DNA from: Candidatus Omnitrophota bacterium
Lineage (GTDB): Bacteria > Omnitrophota > Gorgyraeia > Gygaellales > Profunditerraquicolaceae
Length of the DNA stretch: 64,000 nt
Direction of reading: 5' to 3'
NCBI GenBank assembly: GCA_018825985.1
Contig: JAHKAP010000024.1
Location: 3,095-67,094, forward strand
In this document: piece after piece, positions 37,695 through 46,531 of the stretch
Layout: each line of letters begins with the position of its first letter
How positions within the stretch are numbered: the first letter of the stretch is position 1
Notes under the pieces: generated by a model
Seen by the model: only the letters and a program-made list of their open reading frames with translations
Told to the model about the DNA's origin: nothing
Database searches by the model: none
Program-made: the position numbers and the translations under genes

Positions 37695-38734
37695 TTCCCG
37701 ATAATCCTGCGGATATTCTTTTTATAATTGTGACGGATAACCCCTTTTTCGGTGATAATGGCACTGATCAGGTCATGCGGAGTAACATCAAATGCCGGAT
37801 GAAAAACCTTTACATTATTAAGCGCTATCGGTTTCTTAAAAAATAAACTGGTCATCTCCGGGCTGCCGCGTTCCTCAATCGTTATCTCTTCACCGCTTTT
37901 TATTTTCAGGTCAAAAGTTGAAACCGGCGCAGCAATATAAAAAGGTATCTTATGAAAATTACATAAAACCGCCAGGTTATAAGTTCCGATCTTATTGGCG
38001 GTATCGCCGTTAGAGGCGATCCGGTCGGCTCCGGCAATAACCCGGTCTATTTTACCTTGTTTCATTAAAGTAGCGGCCATATTATCACAGATCAAGGTAA
38101 CATCAATTCCATTGCGGCTTAATTCCCAGGTAGTCAGGCGCGCTCCCTGCAGCATCGGACGGGTTTCGCAGGCATAAACTTTATTGCTTTTACCTTCTTC
38201 TTTGCAGCGATAGATCACCCCTAATGCTGTGCCATAATCAATAGTAGCCAGGATCCCGGCATTGCAAATTGTCAGAATAGTATCATTCTTTTTAATCAAT
38301 TTAGCGCCGTAATGACCGATCCTCCGGCAAGCCGACATATCTTCTTCAATTATTTCTTTTGCCTCGGTTAAAATTATTTTTTTCAGGTCCCGGATAGGTT
38401 TTCCTTTATTTTTTAAAACGACCTTACGCGCTCTTTCCAATCCCCAAAACAGATTTCTGGCAGTAGGCCGGGCAGCAGCTAAATATTTAATTACCTTATC
38501 TAATTCTTCTTTAAACTGCCGAAAATTTTTCGCCTTAGAATCCTTAATTCCAAGATAAACTCCCAGGCCGGCCGCAGCCCCTAAAGCCGGAGCCCCCCTG
38601 GTCTTCATCATCCTTATAGCCTGGCGCAGGAGAACGATATTTTTAATGTAAATATACTTTAATGTTCCGGGGAGCTTAGTCTGATCGATCAATTTGATCG
38701 CGCCTTTTGACCACTCAATAGTTTTAATACCCAT
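37691..38734 (-). CDS. mtnA: S-methyl-5-thioribose-1-phosphate isomerase / eIF-2B family isomerase
   Basis: eIF-2B alpha/beta/delta-like family blocks RGAPALGAAAG... Confidence 0.7.
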   Translation of the reverse strand: MGIKTIEWSKGAIKLIDQTKLPGTLKYIYIKNIVLLRQAIRMMKTRGAPALGAAAGLGVYLGIKDSKAKNFRQFKEELDKVIKYLAAARPTARNLFWGLERARKVVLKNKGKPIRDLKKIILTEAKEIIEEDMSACRRIGHYGAKLIKKNDTILTICNAGILATIDYGTALGVIYRCKEEGKSNKVYACETRPMLQGARLTTWELSRNGIDVTLICDNMAATLMKQGKIDRVIAGADRIASNGDTANKIGTYNLAVLCNFHKIPFYIAAPVSTFDLKIKSGEEITIEERGSPEMTSLFFKKPIALNNVKVFHPAFDVTPHDLISAIITEKGVIRHNYKKNIRRIIGK

Positions 38735-38746
38735 TAATATATCTCC

Positions 38747-39346
38747 TTATAGTTCATCTTCTATCTCTTTAATTTTTTGTAATATTTCTTCCTTTATCAC
38801 CCGGCATTCACCCGGTTTCAATAACTCCAGGACTTTTCTATAAGCCACAAGCGCGCCCTTATAGTCAGAAAGATTGAATAAAGCATCTGCTAGATTATCA
38901 TAGGTTACCGCCCTGCCAGGCTCAAGTTCCAAAGCTTTTTTAAAACAAACTATCGCTTCGGTATGCCGGCCCAGATTATTTAAAAGCCACCCTTTATTAT
39001 GATAGATCGTGGCATAATCCGGCTCAACTTCAATACCTTTGTCAAAATAAAAAATTGACTCATCGATAATACCTAATTCCACCATACATAGCGCCCGGTC
39101 GTTATAAGAGGCCCCGTCGCTCGGGTTATATTTTATCGCCCTGTCAAAATGTCCGATCGCCTTTGTAAAATTTTCGTTTAATATCTCTAATTGCCCCTGA
39201 AAATATTCTATTTCTGAGGCCAGTTGCTTTTCCCGGGCAATTTTTAATCCCTGGATGGCGATCTCCAAAGCATCATCATGGCTGCCATAGGTTATCGCCT
39301 GGTCTAATTTAATCCTTAAGTCCAACAACTGAACAATATTATCCAT
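38747..39346 (-). CDS. tetratricopeptide repeat protein
   Basis: Repeated A..Y/F..A TPR pattern; 199 aa. Confidence 0.55.
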   Translation of the reverse strand: MDNIVQLLDLRIKLDQAITYGSHDDALEIAIQGLKIAREKQLASEIEYFQGQLEILNENFTKAIGHFDRAIKYNPSDGASYNDRALCMVELGIIDESIFYFDKGIEVEPDYATIYHNKGWLLNNLGRHTEAIVCFKKALELEPGRAVTYDNLADALFNLSDYKGALVAYRKVLELLKPGECRVIKEEILQKIKEIEDEL

Positions 39347-39347
39347 A

Positions 39348-40463
39348 TTAACCTAACAACCTGGCCAATAAACTTTTTTTAACCCTTATAGCGTTAAAAG
39401 GACAGGTCTCCTGGCAGCAAAAACACGATATGCAACCTTTATAATTATAATGGATACGATTATTTTTTAGGCTTATTACTTTCTCCGGGCACACCTGAAT
39501 ACACGCTAAACACCTGGTACAATTTTCATTGATTGTATAGGGATAATATTTGATAAACTTGATCGCCATTTTCACTAAAGGATATTTTACCTTCTCTTTA
39601 AATGAACTGGCAGGCAATATAAATGGTTTTTTTATAACTTCATTCAATTTCTCGCCAGCAATGGCAATATCCTTTAGTTCTATTGAGCCCAAGAGCCTTT
39701 TAGCTGCTTCTTTATTAGTCAACACCAGGTGCGGCGCTACGCCCATAATTTTAGCCAGCACGGAATCTACGGCCACGGCATCATTTGAGGCAAGGATCAA
39801 ATTCAAGTTACGCAGTTTACCGCTGGTTCCCGGCCCATCGCCCTCCATGGCAGTAACAGCGTCAATTATATTCAGAGCTGGTTTAGCTTCCTGAAAAATA
39901 TCTACCAGCATGGAGGAAAAAATCTGAGGATCAAAGTTCTTCTTATGCAATTCAATCTTATAAATTCCGGGAATCAATCCAAAAAGGTTTTTTATGGCTC
40001 CGGTTAAAATAGTCAACTGATGGGTTTTAAACTTAGGAATATTAACCAAATAATCGCATTTATCCAGCCAACTGGTTAGGGGGAATTTATTTCTCCAGCG
40101 CTGAGTATCAAATCTAACCAATTCAACGCCTTCCTGGCTACAGACCTGCTTAATACCTGTTTTCTCATAAACGTTATCGATCTTCTCAAGGCTATTTTCC
40201 ATAGCACTTGGGCTATCACCCACGAATACCTGACAGCTGATCTCCTTTAATACACGCAAAACTGCCCGGACCACTTCAGGATGAGTAGTAATCCCAGTTT
40301 CCGGGATTTTGGCGGATAAAAGATTAGGTTTAACCAAAACCCTGCTGCCCGGTTTGATAAAATCACTAATCCCGCCGAGTAAGTCTATGGATTTACGCAC
40401 AGCATCACAGACTAAAGAAGACTCATAACTATCACATCTGACGATCGCGACTTTGGACTGCAT
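39348..40463 (-). CDS. DUF362 domain protein with C-terminal 2x[4Fe-4S] ferredoxin domain
   Basis: C-terminal CTRCLACIQVCP and CISCFCCQETCP clusters; start placed at the internal ATG 40463 (AGGGA SD), because the ORF-track N-terminal extension runs through the repeat cluster. Confidence 0.65.
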   Translation of the reverse strand: MQSKVAIVRCDSYESSLVCDAVRKSIDLLGGISDFIKPGSRVLVKPNLLSAKIPETGITTHPEVVRAVLRVLKEISCQVFVGDSPSAMENSLEKIDNVYEKTGIKQVCSQEGVELVRFDTQRWRNKFPLTSWLDKCDYLVNIPKFKTHQLTILTGAIKNLFGLIPGIYKIELHKKNFDPQIFSSMLVDIFQEAKPALNIIDAVTAMEGDGPGTSGKLRNLNLILASNDAVAVDSVLAKIMGVAPHLVLTNKEAAKRLLGSIELKDIAIAGEKLNEVIKKPFILPASSFKEKVKYPLVKMAIKFIKYYPYTINENCTRCLACIQVCPEKVISLKNNRIHYNYKGCISCFCCQETCPFNAIRVKKSLLARLLG

Positions 40464-40502
40464 TTTTTGTTTATTCCCTATTAAATACTTATCTTGTCGT
40501 GG

Positions 40503-40583
40503 AACAGTCCCCTGGCCAGCTTCAGCAGGGGACACCCTGCGAAGCAGAGTGTCCCCTGTAAACTTCTACGGGGACAGTCCCTA
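40503..40583. repeat. cluster of four family A palindromic repeat units (alternating orientation, nested hairpins) upstream of the DUF362 gene
   Basis: Units at 40505-40516, 40527-40538, 40548-40558 and 40570-40582. Confidence 0.7.
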
Positions 40584-40654
40584 CTGGCTATACTTGAGTT
40601 CACTCGGCGAGAATTCTCAGCGCGCGAGCAATACCCTTCGGCAAAATATCTATA

Positions 40655-41416
40655 CTACTTTATATTGAAAAACAGTTTAGCGTTGGCGGTAGTAGCCTTG
40701 GCTACTTCATCAACACTGATCCCTTTAATCCTGGCAATCTCTTCAGCCACAAATCTCACATTTACCGGTTCGTTTCTTTTGCCCCGCAAGCCTTCCGGGG
40801 ACAAATAAGGCCCGTCGGTCTCCAGGCAAATCCTATCCATAGGAGTGATCTTAACAATCTTCCGCAGTTTATCCGATTTTTTATAAGTAATATTACAGGT
40901 AAAAGAAACATAATAACCGAGCCTTAGACAATCATTTAAGAATTGTTCATCCCCGGAAAAACAATGCACGATTGCCTTAGAGACCATTTGAGTTTTCAGA
41001 ATAGCCAATGTATCTTCCTGGGCCTGGCGGCTATGCACAACCAGGGGAAGATTGCTTCCTTTAGCCAAATTAATTAATGATAAAAAGGCTTTTTTTTGGT
41101 TTTCTTTGGTAGATAAATTGCGGAAGTAGTCTAAGCCAACCTCTCCTATCGCTTTGACTTTTTTATTGGAAACTAAATCTTTAAGCCTATTCAGCATATC
41201 GGGCGAGAAATCATCAGCATCATGAGGGTGGCAGCCCACACAGGCAAAAATTGATTCATATTTAACGGCTAGTTCTTTTGCCCGGATTGAATTTTCCAGG
41301 CTTGAACCGACATTAATTATATAACCGATGCCTTGCTCCAAAGATCTACGGATGACTTCATCCCGGTCAATATCGTATTCGGGAAAGTCTAAATGGCAAT
41401 GAGTATCAATTAACAT
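40655..41416 (-). CDS. tatD: TatD family metal-dependent hydrolase / DNase
   Basis: MLIDTHCHLD N-terminus plus conserved His/Glu/Asp metal-ligand blocks. Confidence 0.85.
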   Translation of the reverse strand: MLIDTHCHLDFPEYDIDRDEVIRRSLEQGIGYIINVGSSLENSIRAKELAVKYESIFACVGCHPHDADDFSPDMLNRLKDLVSNKKVKAIGEVGLDYFRNLSTKENQKKAFLSLINLAKGSNLPLVVHSRQAQEDTLAILKTQMVSKAIVHCFSGDEQFLNDCLRLGYYVSFTCNITYKKSDKLRKIVKITPMDRICLETDGPYLSPEGLRGKRNEPVNVRFVAEEIARIKGISVDEVAKATTANAKLFFNIK

Positions 41417-41445
41417 AGCTATTAATCGCTTGGAGCTTGCCTGCC

Positions 41446-42990
41446 TCAGCGGCCAGCAGGGAGCCTGGAGTTTGGTTTAGATTTAGTGTCTATACGGGGA
41501 AACAAAGGATTGCCTTTCTTGATCTCTTTTTTGCCAAACTGCTCCTTTATAGATACAGCAGTCTGAGGCATGAAAGGATCAATTTCGTCTCCGGACGCCC
41601 TGATCACTTCAACCAGTAAACGGATAAAAGACTTTAACTCGTCTATTTTATTTTCTTTTGCTAAATTCCAAGGTTTAGTTTCTTCAACATACTTATTTGC
41701 CATGGCTATTGAATTCCAGATCCTCTCCAGGCTTAAGCTAAAAGAAAAATTAAGGCTTAACAAATCTCCTGATTCCTTAGGCAACGCCTTTATACTAGCG
41801 AGTATATTTTTTCCCTGCTCATCCAACGCGACTAAACCGGGGATTTGGCCTTGAAAATATTTTTCAATCATAGTCAGGGTACGATAAACCAGATTGCCCA
41901 GGTCATTAGCCAGATCGCTATTAAATCTTTTTATTATTGATTCTTCGGAAAAATTACCATCCAGGCCGAAAGGCACGTCCCTGAGCAGGAAATACCTGTA
42001 GGTATCAATGCCGTATTTATCCGCCATATCCAAAGGAGCAACTACATTACCGCGGGACTTGGACATTTTATCCTGGCCCATCATCCACCAGCCATGGGCG
42101 AATACAACCATTTCTTTAGGCAATTCTATGCCTAAAGCATGCAGCATGATCGGCCAGTAAACTGCATGGTGCCTTAAAATATCTTTGCCGATCAAATGCA
42201 CGACTTGCGTATCTTTATCCCACCACTTCGAAACATATCTTCCGCTATTGTCAAAGCTGCCTACCGCGCTGATATAATTGATCAGGGCGTCGAACCAAAC
42301 ATAGGTAACATGCTCCGGGCTAAACGGCAAAGGAATGCCCCAATTCAAGCGTTCTTTAGGGCGGGAAATACACAGATCTGTTAGCTTATTGAGTTTCAAG
42401 AAACTCAATACCTCGTTTTCTCTTATCTGCGGCCGGATAAATCCCGGATTAGACTCAATATGCTTGATCAGCCAATCCTGATAATTTGATAATTTAAAAA
42501 AATAATTGGTTTCGCTGATTTTATCTATAGGTCTGTTACAGTCAGGGCAGGTTTTATCTTCTACCTGGACCTGGGTTTCGGTACAAAAGTTTTCACAAGG
42601 AACACAATACCAACCCTCATACTGAGCCTGATAAATATCACCTTTCGCATAAGCAATCTCAAGCGCCCGGGTGACTGTCTGGATATGCCTTTTTTCGGTA
42701 GTCCTGATAAAATCATCATTGGATATATTTAATTTTTGCCAGAGGTCTTTAAATTGAGTAACCACCTTATCTACGAATTGCTGAGGAGATAACCCGGATT
42801 CATCAGCCGCCTTTTGGATCTTCTGTCCATGCTCATCTGTCCCAGTCAAAAACCAGACATTGTCCTTGCCTAAAGACTTGCGCATATGCCTGGCTAAAGT
42901 ATCAGCGGCAATATTGGTATAAGAATGTCCAATATGTGGCGAGGCATTAACGTAATATATTGGAGTAGTAATATAGAATTTATTGGCCAT
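41446..42990 (-). CDS. metG: methionyl-tRNA synthetase (short form)
   Basis: HIGH (PHIGHSYT) and KMSKS motifs; zinc knuckle CxxC. Confidence 0.9.
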   Translation of the reverse strand: MANKFYITTPIYYVNASPHIGHSYTNIAADTLARHMRKSLGKDNVWFLTGTDEHGQKIQKAADESGLSPQQFVDKVVTQFKDLWQKLNISNDDFIRTTEKRHIQTVTRALEIAYAKGDIYQAQYEGWYCVPCENFCTETQVQVEDKTCPDCNRPIDKISETNYFFKLSNYQDWLIKHIESNPGFIRPQIRENEVLSFLKLNKLTDLCISRPKERLNWGIPLPFSPEHVTYVWFDALINYISAVGSFDNSGRYVSKWWDKDTQVVHLIGKDILRHHAVYWPIMLHALGIELPKEMVVFAHGWWMMGQDKMSKSRGNVVAPLDMADKYGIDTYRYFLLRDVPFGLDGNFSEESIIKRFNSDLANDLGNLVYRTLTMIEKYFQGQIPGLVALDEQGKNILASIKALPKESGDLLSLNFSFSLSLERIWNSIAMANKYVEETKPWNLAKENKIDELKSFIRLLVEVIRASGDEIDPFMPQTAVSIKEQFGKKEIKKGNPLFPRIDTKSKPNSRLPAGR

Positions 42991-42994
42991 ACCC

Positions 42995-43795
42995 TTATTC
43001 TTTTTCTTTTTCTTTTTCTTTATAACTTATTTCAATCTGGGCCCCGCTTTCGATCTCCAGGGTTATGCTACGGTTAAAAACATTAACCGCAACCACCTTG
43101 CCCTTACCCTGGGGCGTAGTGATACGCTCCCCCTCCTTAGGTAGCCCCTTAGATAAAGCCTTATAGGTATCATATTCATAACTTAAACAACACATCAATC
43201 TGCCGCAAATCCCGGATATCTTAGGAGGATTTAAAGGAAGCCCTTCTTCTTTCGCCATCTTTATGGTTACCGGCTCAAAATCACGCAGGAATTTTACACA
43301 ACACAATTCCCTTCCACAGGGCCCGAAACCGCCGTAGAGCCTGGCCTCATCCCTGACTCCGATTTGTTTAAGCTCAATCCGAGCCTTAAATATCTTGGCC
43401 AGATCCTTAACCAGATCCCGGAAATCAACCCTGCCGGTAGCGGTAAAATAAAATATTATCTTTGTCTGGTCAAAGGAATACTCGGCCTGAATCAATTTCA
43501 TATCTAACTTATGCTCGGTAATTTTTTTTGAACAGGTATTGAAGGCTTCTTTACATTTAACCCGGTTATCTTCAATCTGTTTTAGATCCGCCGCAGTTGC
43601 CGCCCGTAAAACCTTCTTTAAGGGTTGTTTTATTTTGCATTCCAGGATCCCTTTTAAAGAAATGACCTGGCCAGAATCTAAACCCCGGTCGTGTTCAACG
43701 ATCACATATTCGCCTTCTTTTATCTCTATCTCTCCGAGATTGTAAAAGAAATTCTGGCCTGAATCCCTGAGCCTGATTAACACTAATTTTTCCAT
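42995..43795 (-). CDS. ricT: PSP1 domain protein (YaaT/RicT-like)
   Basis: PSP1 C-terminal domain with Cys cluster GPCGRELCC...GICGRLMCC; start set to the ATG at 43795 (good GAGGT SD); the ORF-track start 43837 is a TTG. Confidence 0.75.
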   Translation of the reverse strand: MEKLVLIRLRDSGQNFFYNLGEIEIKEGEYVIVEHDRGLDSGQVISLKGILECKIKQPLKKVLRAATAADLKQIEDNRVKCKEAFNTCSKKITEHKLDMKLIQAEYSFDQTKIIFYFTATGRVDFRDLVKDLAKIFKARIELKQIGVRDEARLYGGFGPCGRELCCVKFLRDFEPVTIKMAKEEGLPLNPPKISGICGRLMCCLSYEYDTYKALSKGLPKEGERITTPQGKGKVVAVNVFNRSITLEIESGAQIEISYKEKEKEKE

Positions 43796-43849
43796 TATAA
43801 CCTCAAGATTTTTTTTAACACAAATTTCTGTAGACAAATCTGCGTTAAG

Positions 43850-44806
43850 TTAACTTTTTAAACTAAATTGTAAATTAGCCAAAAGTAATTTGGTGTTTAC
43901 ATTCTGTCCCAGGTACAATAATGAATCCGAGACCGCCTTCAGGATTACATCCAGGTCAAAAAATGAATAATGATTGGCCAGCCTTAAGATATCGCTCTTA
44001 CGGTCCAGGTGGATCATTTCTTCCTGGGGCTGACCGGATTTTACCAGGTATATATCCCTAATCCAACCTGCTAAAATATCCAGAGATCTGCGGATATCTT
44101 CTCTTTTATTTTCTGAATGATTTCCTGCGCTCCCCGCTTCCGCCGAGAACAAATCGTCTATAACCTGGTTTTTCTCTCTCAATATATCCCTATCCTTTAA
44201 ATACAAAGCCTTGCCAATGCTACCTTCGGAATAATAAGCCAGGAAGTGACCGGTCTGGGCATCAAGCCCGTAATCATTTATTAATGCCTCTTTTAATTCC
44301 TGCCTTTTTAAAGGATAGAACCTGATGATTTTACTGCGCGAGAGTATAGTTTTAAATAATAAACTTGGTTTAGCGCTGACCAGAATTATTAGGCTGTTTT
44401 TTGGCGGCTCTTCAAGGGTTTTTAGAAAAGCGTTGGAAGATTCTGGATTAAGGTCATGGGCATTATTTATTATAAATACCTTTTTCCTGGCTTCGTAAGG
44501 CCTTAAACTGATATCTCTTTGCAGCTGCCGGATGTAATCAATTTTTATCTCCGAGCCTAGAGCGTCAATTATTGAAATATCCGGGTGAACCCCTTTATCG
44601 ATCCTTGAGCACGATGGACAAATCCCGCAGGCATCGCTATTATTCTCCTGGCAATTCAGGGCCTTAGCCAATGTTTTCGCCGCCAGCATCTTGCCTATGC
44701 CATCTGGACCGCTGAAAATATAGGCCCCAAAAAGCGTATCCTGAATTATTCCCGACTTTAATAATTCTATTGTCCGGGAGTTACCTTTAATATCCTTAAA
44801 AGACAT
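43850..44806 (-). CDS. holB: DNA polymerase III subunit delta'
   Basis: AAA+ box FSGPDGIGK; zinc module CGICPSC. Confidence 0.8.
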   Translation of the reverse strand: MSFKDIKGNSRTIELLKSGIIQDTLFGAYIFSGPDGIGKMLAAKTLAKALNCQENNSDACGICPSCSRIDKGVHPDISIIDALGSEIKIDYIRQLQRDISLRPYEARKKVFIINNAHDLNPESSNAFLKTLEEPPKNSLIILVSAKPSLLFKTILSRSKIIRFYPLKRQELKEALINDYGLDAQTGHFLAYYSEGSIGKALYLKDRDILREKNQVIDDLFSAEAGSAGNHSENKREDIRRSLDILAGWIRDIYLVKSGQPQEEMIHLDRKSDILRLANHYSFFDLDVILKAVSDSLLYLGQNVNTKLLLANLQFSLKS

Positions 44807-45410
44807 ATTTATCGATCAATCCTCTAATATTGCTCTGGGTCTCGGATTTTTCTAAAGCGACTTTAACTATTTTGATCCTATTGGGCTCTTGTGCGGCTAA
44901 TTTTAAATATCCCTGTCTGACCCGGAAATGATAATTCAAAGTTCTTCTTTCAATCCGGTCTTTAACCCGGGAACGCACATTCAAACCTTTTTTAACCGGA
45001 AGATCCAGGAATACGGTTAAATCAGGCCTTATTCCGGAGGTAACCAAATCTCCGACATACCTAATAGTTTTGATATCCATGCCTAACCCATAGCCTTGAT
45101 AGGCAATAGTTGAATCCAGGAATCTGTCACAAATAACAATTTTTCCTTGTTTTAATGCTGGTTTAATGACCTGTTCAACGATTTGAGCCCGGGCAGACAT
45201 ATAAAGAAGCATTTCGCAAACCGAGGACATAGAATTATTCCTATGGTCCAGAAGGATCCGGCGGATCTTTTCACTGATTTTTGTTCCGCCAGGCTCGCGC
45301 AGGTAAACTATTTTTAAACCTTTGGCTCTCAAATATTGACAAAGCATCATAGACTGCGTACTCTTTCCGCACCCCTCAGAACCTTCAAATGTAATAAATT
45401 TGCCTTTCAT
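44796..45410 (-). CDS. tmk: thymidylate kinase
   Basis: P-loop FEGSEGCGKST; DRF/DRY motif DRFLDS. Confidence 0.9.
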   Translation of the reverse strand: MKGKFITFEGSEGCGKSTQSMMLCQYLRAKGLKIVYLREPGGTKISEKIRRILLDHRNNSMSSVCEMLLYMSARAQIVEQVIKPALKQGKIVICDRFLDSTIAYQGYGLGMDIKTIRYVGDLVTSGIRPDLTVFLDLPVKKGLNVRSRVKDRIERRTLNYHFRVRQGYLKLAAQEPNRIKIVKVALEKSETQSNIRGLIDKYVF

Positions 45411-45454
45411 ATCTTATCTCTTATGCATAATTTTAGGGTTTTGCACTCCGCGCG

Positions 45455-45676
45455 CTAACAATGATATGAATTTGTTAGATTTTCTCGCTCGGGTCGATTT
45501 CTTCACGCCAATGATCTTTCGCTTCTCGGCTCCTGCGCAACTCGTCCGTCGGCTCACCGCCAGGACGGACTCAAACATGCTCGTCGTCCGAATGTTTCCA
45601 CGTTCGGATACCCTCGTCGCTCAAGCTCCATTGGCTAAAATCGACACTCGCTGCGAAAACTAACAAATTCATATCA
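45455..45676. repeat. ~220 bp GC-rich element bounded by 17 bp terminal inverted repeats (tgatatgaatttgttag / ctaacaaattcatatca); MITE-like element or structured ncRNA
   Basis: TIRs at 45462-45478 and 45660-45676; interior is GC-rich in an AT-rich context with internal hairpins (gtccgtc...gacggac; tccgaa...ttcgga). Confidence 0.45.
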
Positions 45677-45713
45677 AAGAACCACCAAAATTACAACCAA
45701 CCTTCAACCTTTA

Positions 45714-46277
45714 CTATATTCCACCTTTTTTGTATGCGAATTTTAGTGCCTTTTCATTCCGAGCATGATAATCATCTATCCATTCCCATAAATCCTGTAA
45801 TCCTTTGTTAATTCCCCAAGAATCAAGGAAGAATACCGCTAAACCCTCTGGCTCACTAAAAATAGCATAACCTTTATACTTTATTTTATTTTTATTTTTA
45901 AGATGCGCACACTGCCTTCTAATATCATTTATAATCTTTATCTCTGATACTTCCGGCCTTGCCTGTTTCCATTTTTTTAGAATCGGCTTAAGTAATCGAA
46001 ATTTTTGCTCAAAATTTATACTCCCAATTGCTTCCCAAATTTCTTTCTCTACTTCATCAACATCCTTACTTGTTGTCCCTTTAGGTGTACCATAGGTCAA
46101 CAACTTATAAAGTATTTTATCTAATATTACTTCAGAATTATGATGAATTTCTAAAATTACAGATTTTATTACATGTTCTTTTTCAGATAATTCTGAACTC
46201 CAACTTCTAACATAATGAAGCACAGCGTTAGGATCATCTATATTTAGTATTTCACTTGCTTTAGGTCTTTTATCCAT
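45714..46277 (-). CDS. hypothetical protein (187 aa), AT-rich orphan ORF; possible HEPN-like Rx4H motif
   Basis: Clean ATG-to-stop ORF with lower GC than its neighbours; contains DIRRQCAHL (R-x4-H); no other recognisable motifs. Confidence 0.45.
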   Translation of the reverse strand: MDKRPKASEILNIDDPNAVLHYVRSWSSELSEKEHVIKSVILEIHHNSEVILDKILYKLLTYGTPKGTTSKDVDEVEKEIWEAIGSINFEQKFRLLKPILKKWKQARPEVSEIKIINDIRRQCAHLKNKNKIKYKGYAIFSEPEGLAVFFLDSWGINKGLQDLWEWIDDYHARNEKALKFAYKKGGI

Positions 46278-46294
46278 TTATAGATTAAATTTTA

Positions 46295-46450
46295 ATGAGC
46301 CTTGGCGGTTTCCGAACTAATGTCCTTAGCGGGTGACCAAAGGATGGCGGCGACTGGGAGGATCCACACCGGGCGGAGGGGCCCAGGAACTGCCTCCTTT
46401 GGGCAGGACCCGCTAATCATAGCGAGAAAATCCGACAAGGATCATTTAAA
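46295..46450. other. ~155 nt GC-rich structured island (candidate ncRNA or MITE) immediately 5' of the orphan ORF
   Basis: Extensive self-complementarity: UUAGCGGGU/ACCCGCUAA, CCAAAGGA/UCCUUUGG, closing stem CCUUGGCGG/CCGACAAGG; flanked by aatgagc direct repeats. Confidence 0.3.
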
Positions 46451-46474
46451 ATATCAATGAGCTTATTTTAAAAT

Positions 46475-46531
46475 CAGGGACAGTCCCCTGACCAGCCTTT
46501 GCATATAGCCATCTACGGGGACAGTCCCCTG
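46475..46531. repeat. two family A palindromic repeat units; the second encodes the C-terminus of CysS
   Basis: cagggacagtcccctg 46475-46490; cggggacagtcccctg 46516-46531. Confidence 0.7.

Noticed and set aside
40464-40535. N-terminal 24 aa extension of the DUF362 ORF (MSPAEAGQGTVPRQDKYLIGNKQK)
   Set aside because: It reads through the family A palindromic repeat array. The internal ATG at 40463 has an SD and begins the conserved domain.
40503-40583. Possible CRISPR array (four similar GC-rich units with ~21 nt spacing)
   Set aside because: Units alternate in orientation (palindromic, not direct repeats), are only ~12 bp, and the spacers are too short. No cas genes are in the window, and the same units occur singly at gene ends.
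45400-45663. Plus-strand 87 aa ORF from the ORF track
   Set aside because: It lies entirely within the GC-rich TIR element, has no RBS and low coding plausibility. It is a GC-content artefact.
46295-46450. SRP RNA (4.5S) or RNase P RNA as identity of the GC-rich island
   Set aside because: The conserved SRP domain IV motif (GGAAGGAAGCAGCC) and the RNase P P4/CR-I/CR-V blocks are not present on either strand. The identity is left open as an unknown structured element.
46278-46531. Type III (ToxIN-like) toxin-antitoxin with tandem RNA repeats upstream of the 187 aa ORF
   Set aside because: No tandem 30-40 nt direct repeats. The only repeated units are the dispersed family A palindromes, which also occur at unrelated loci.
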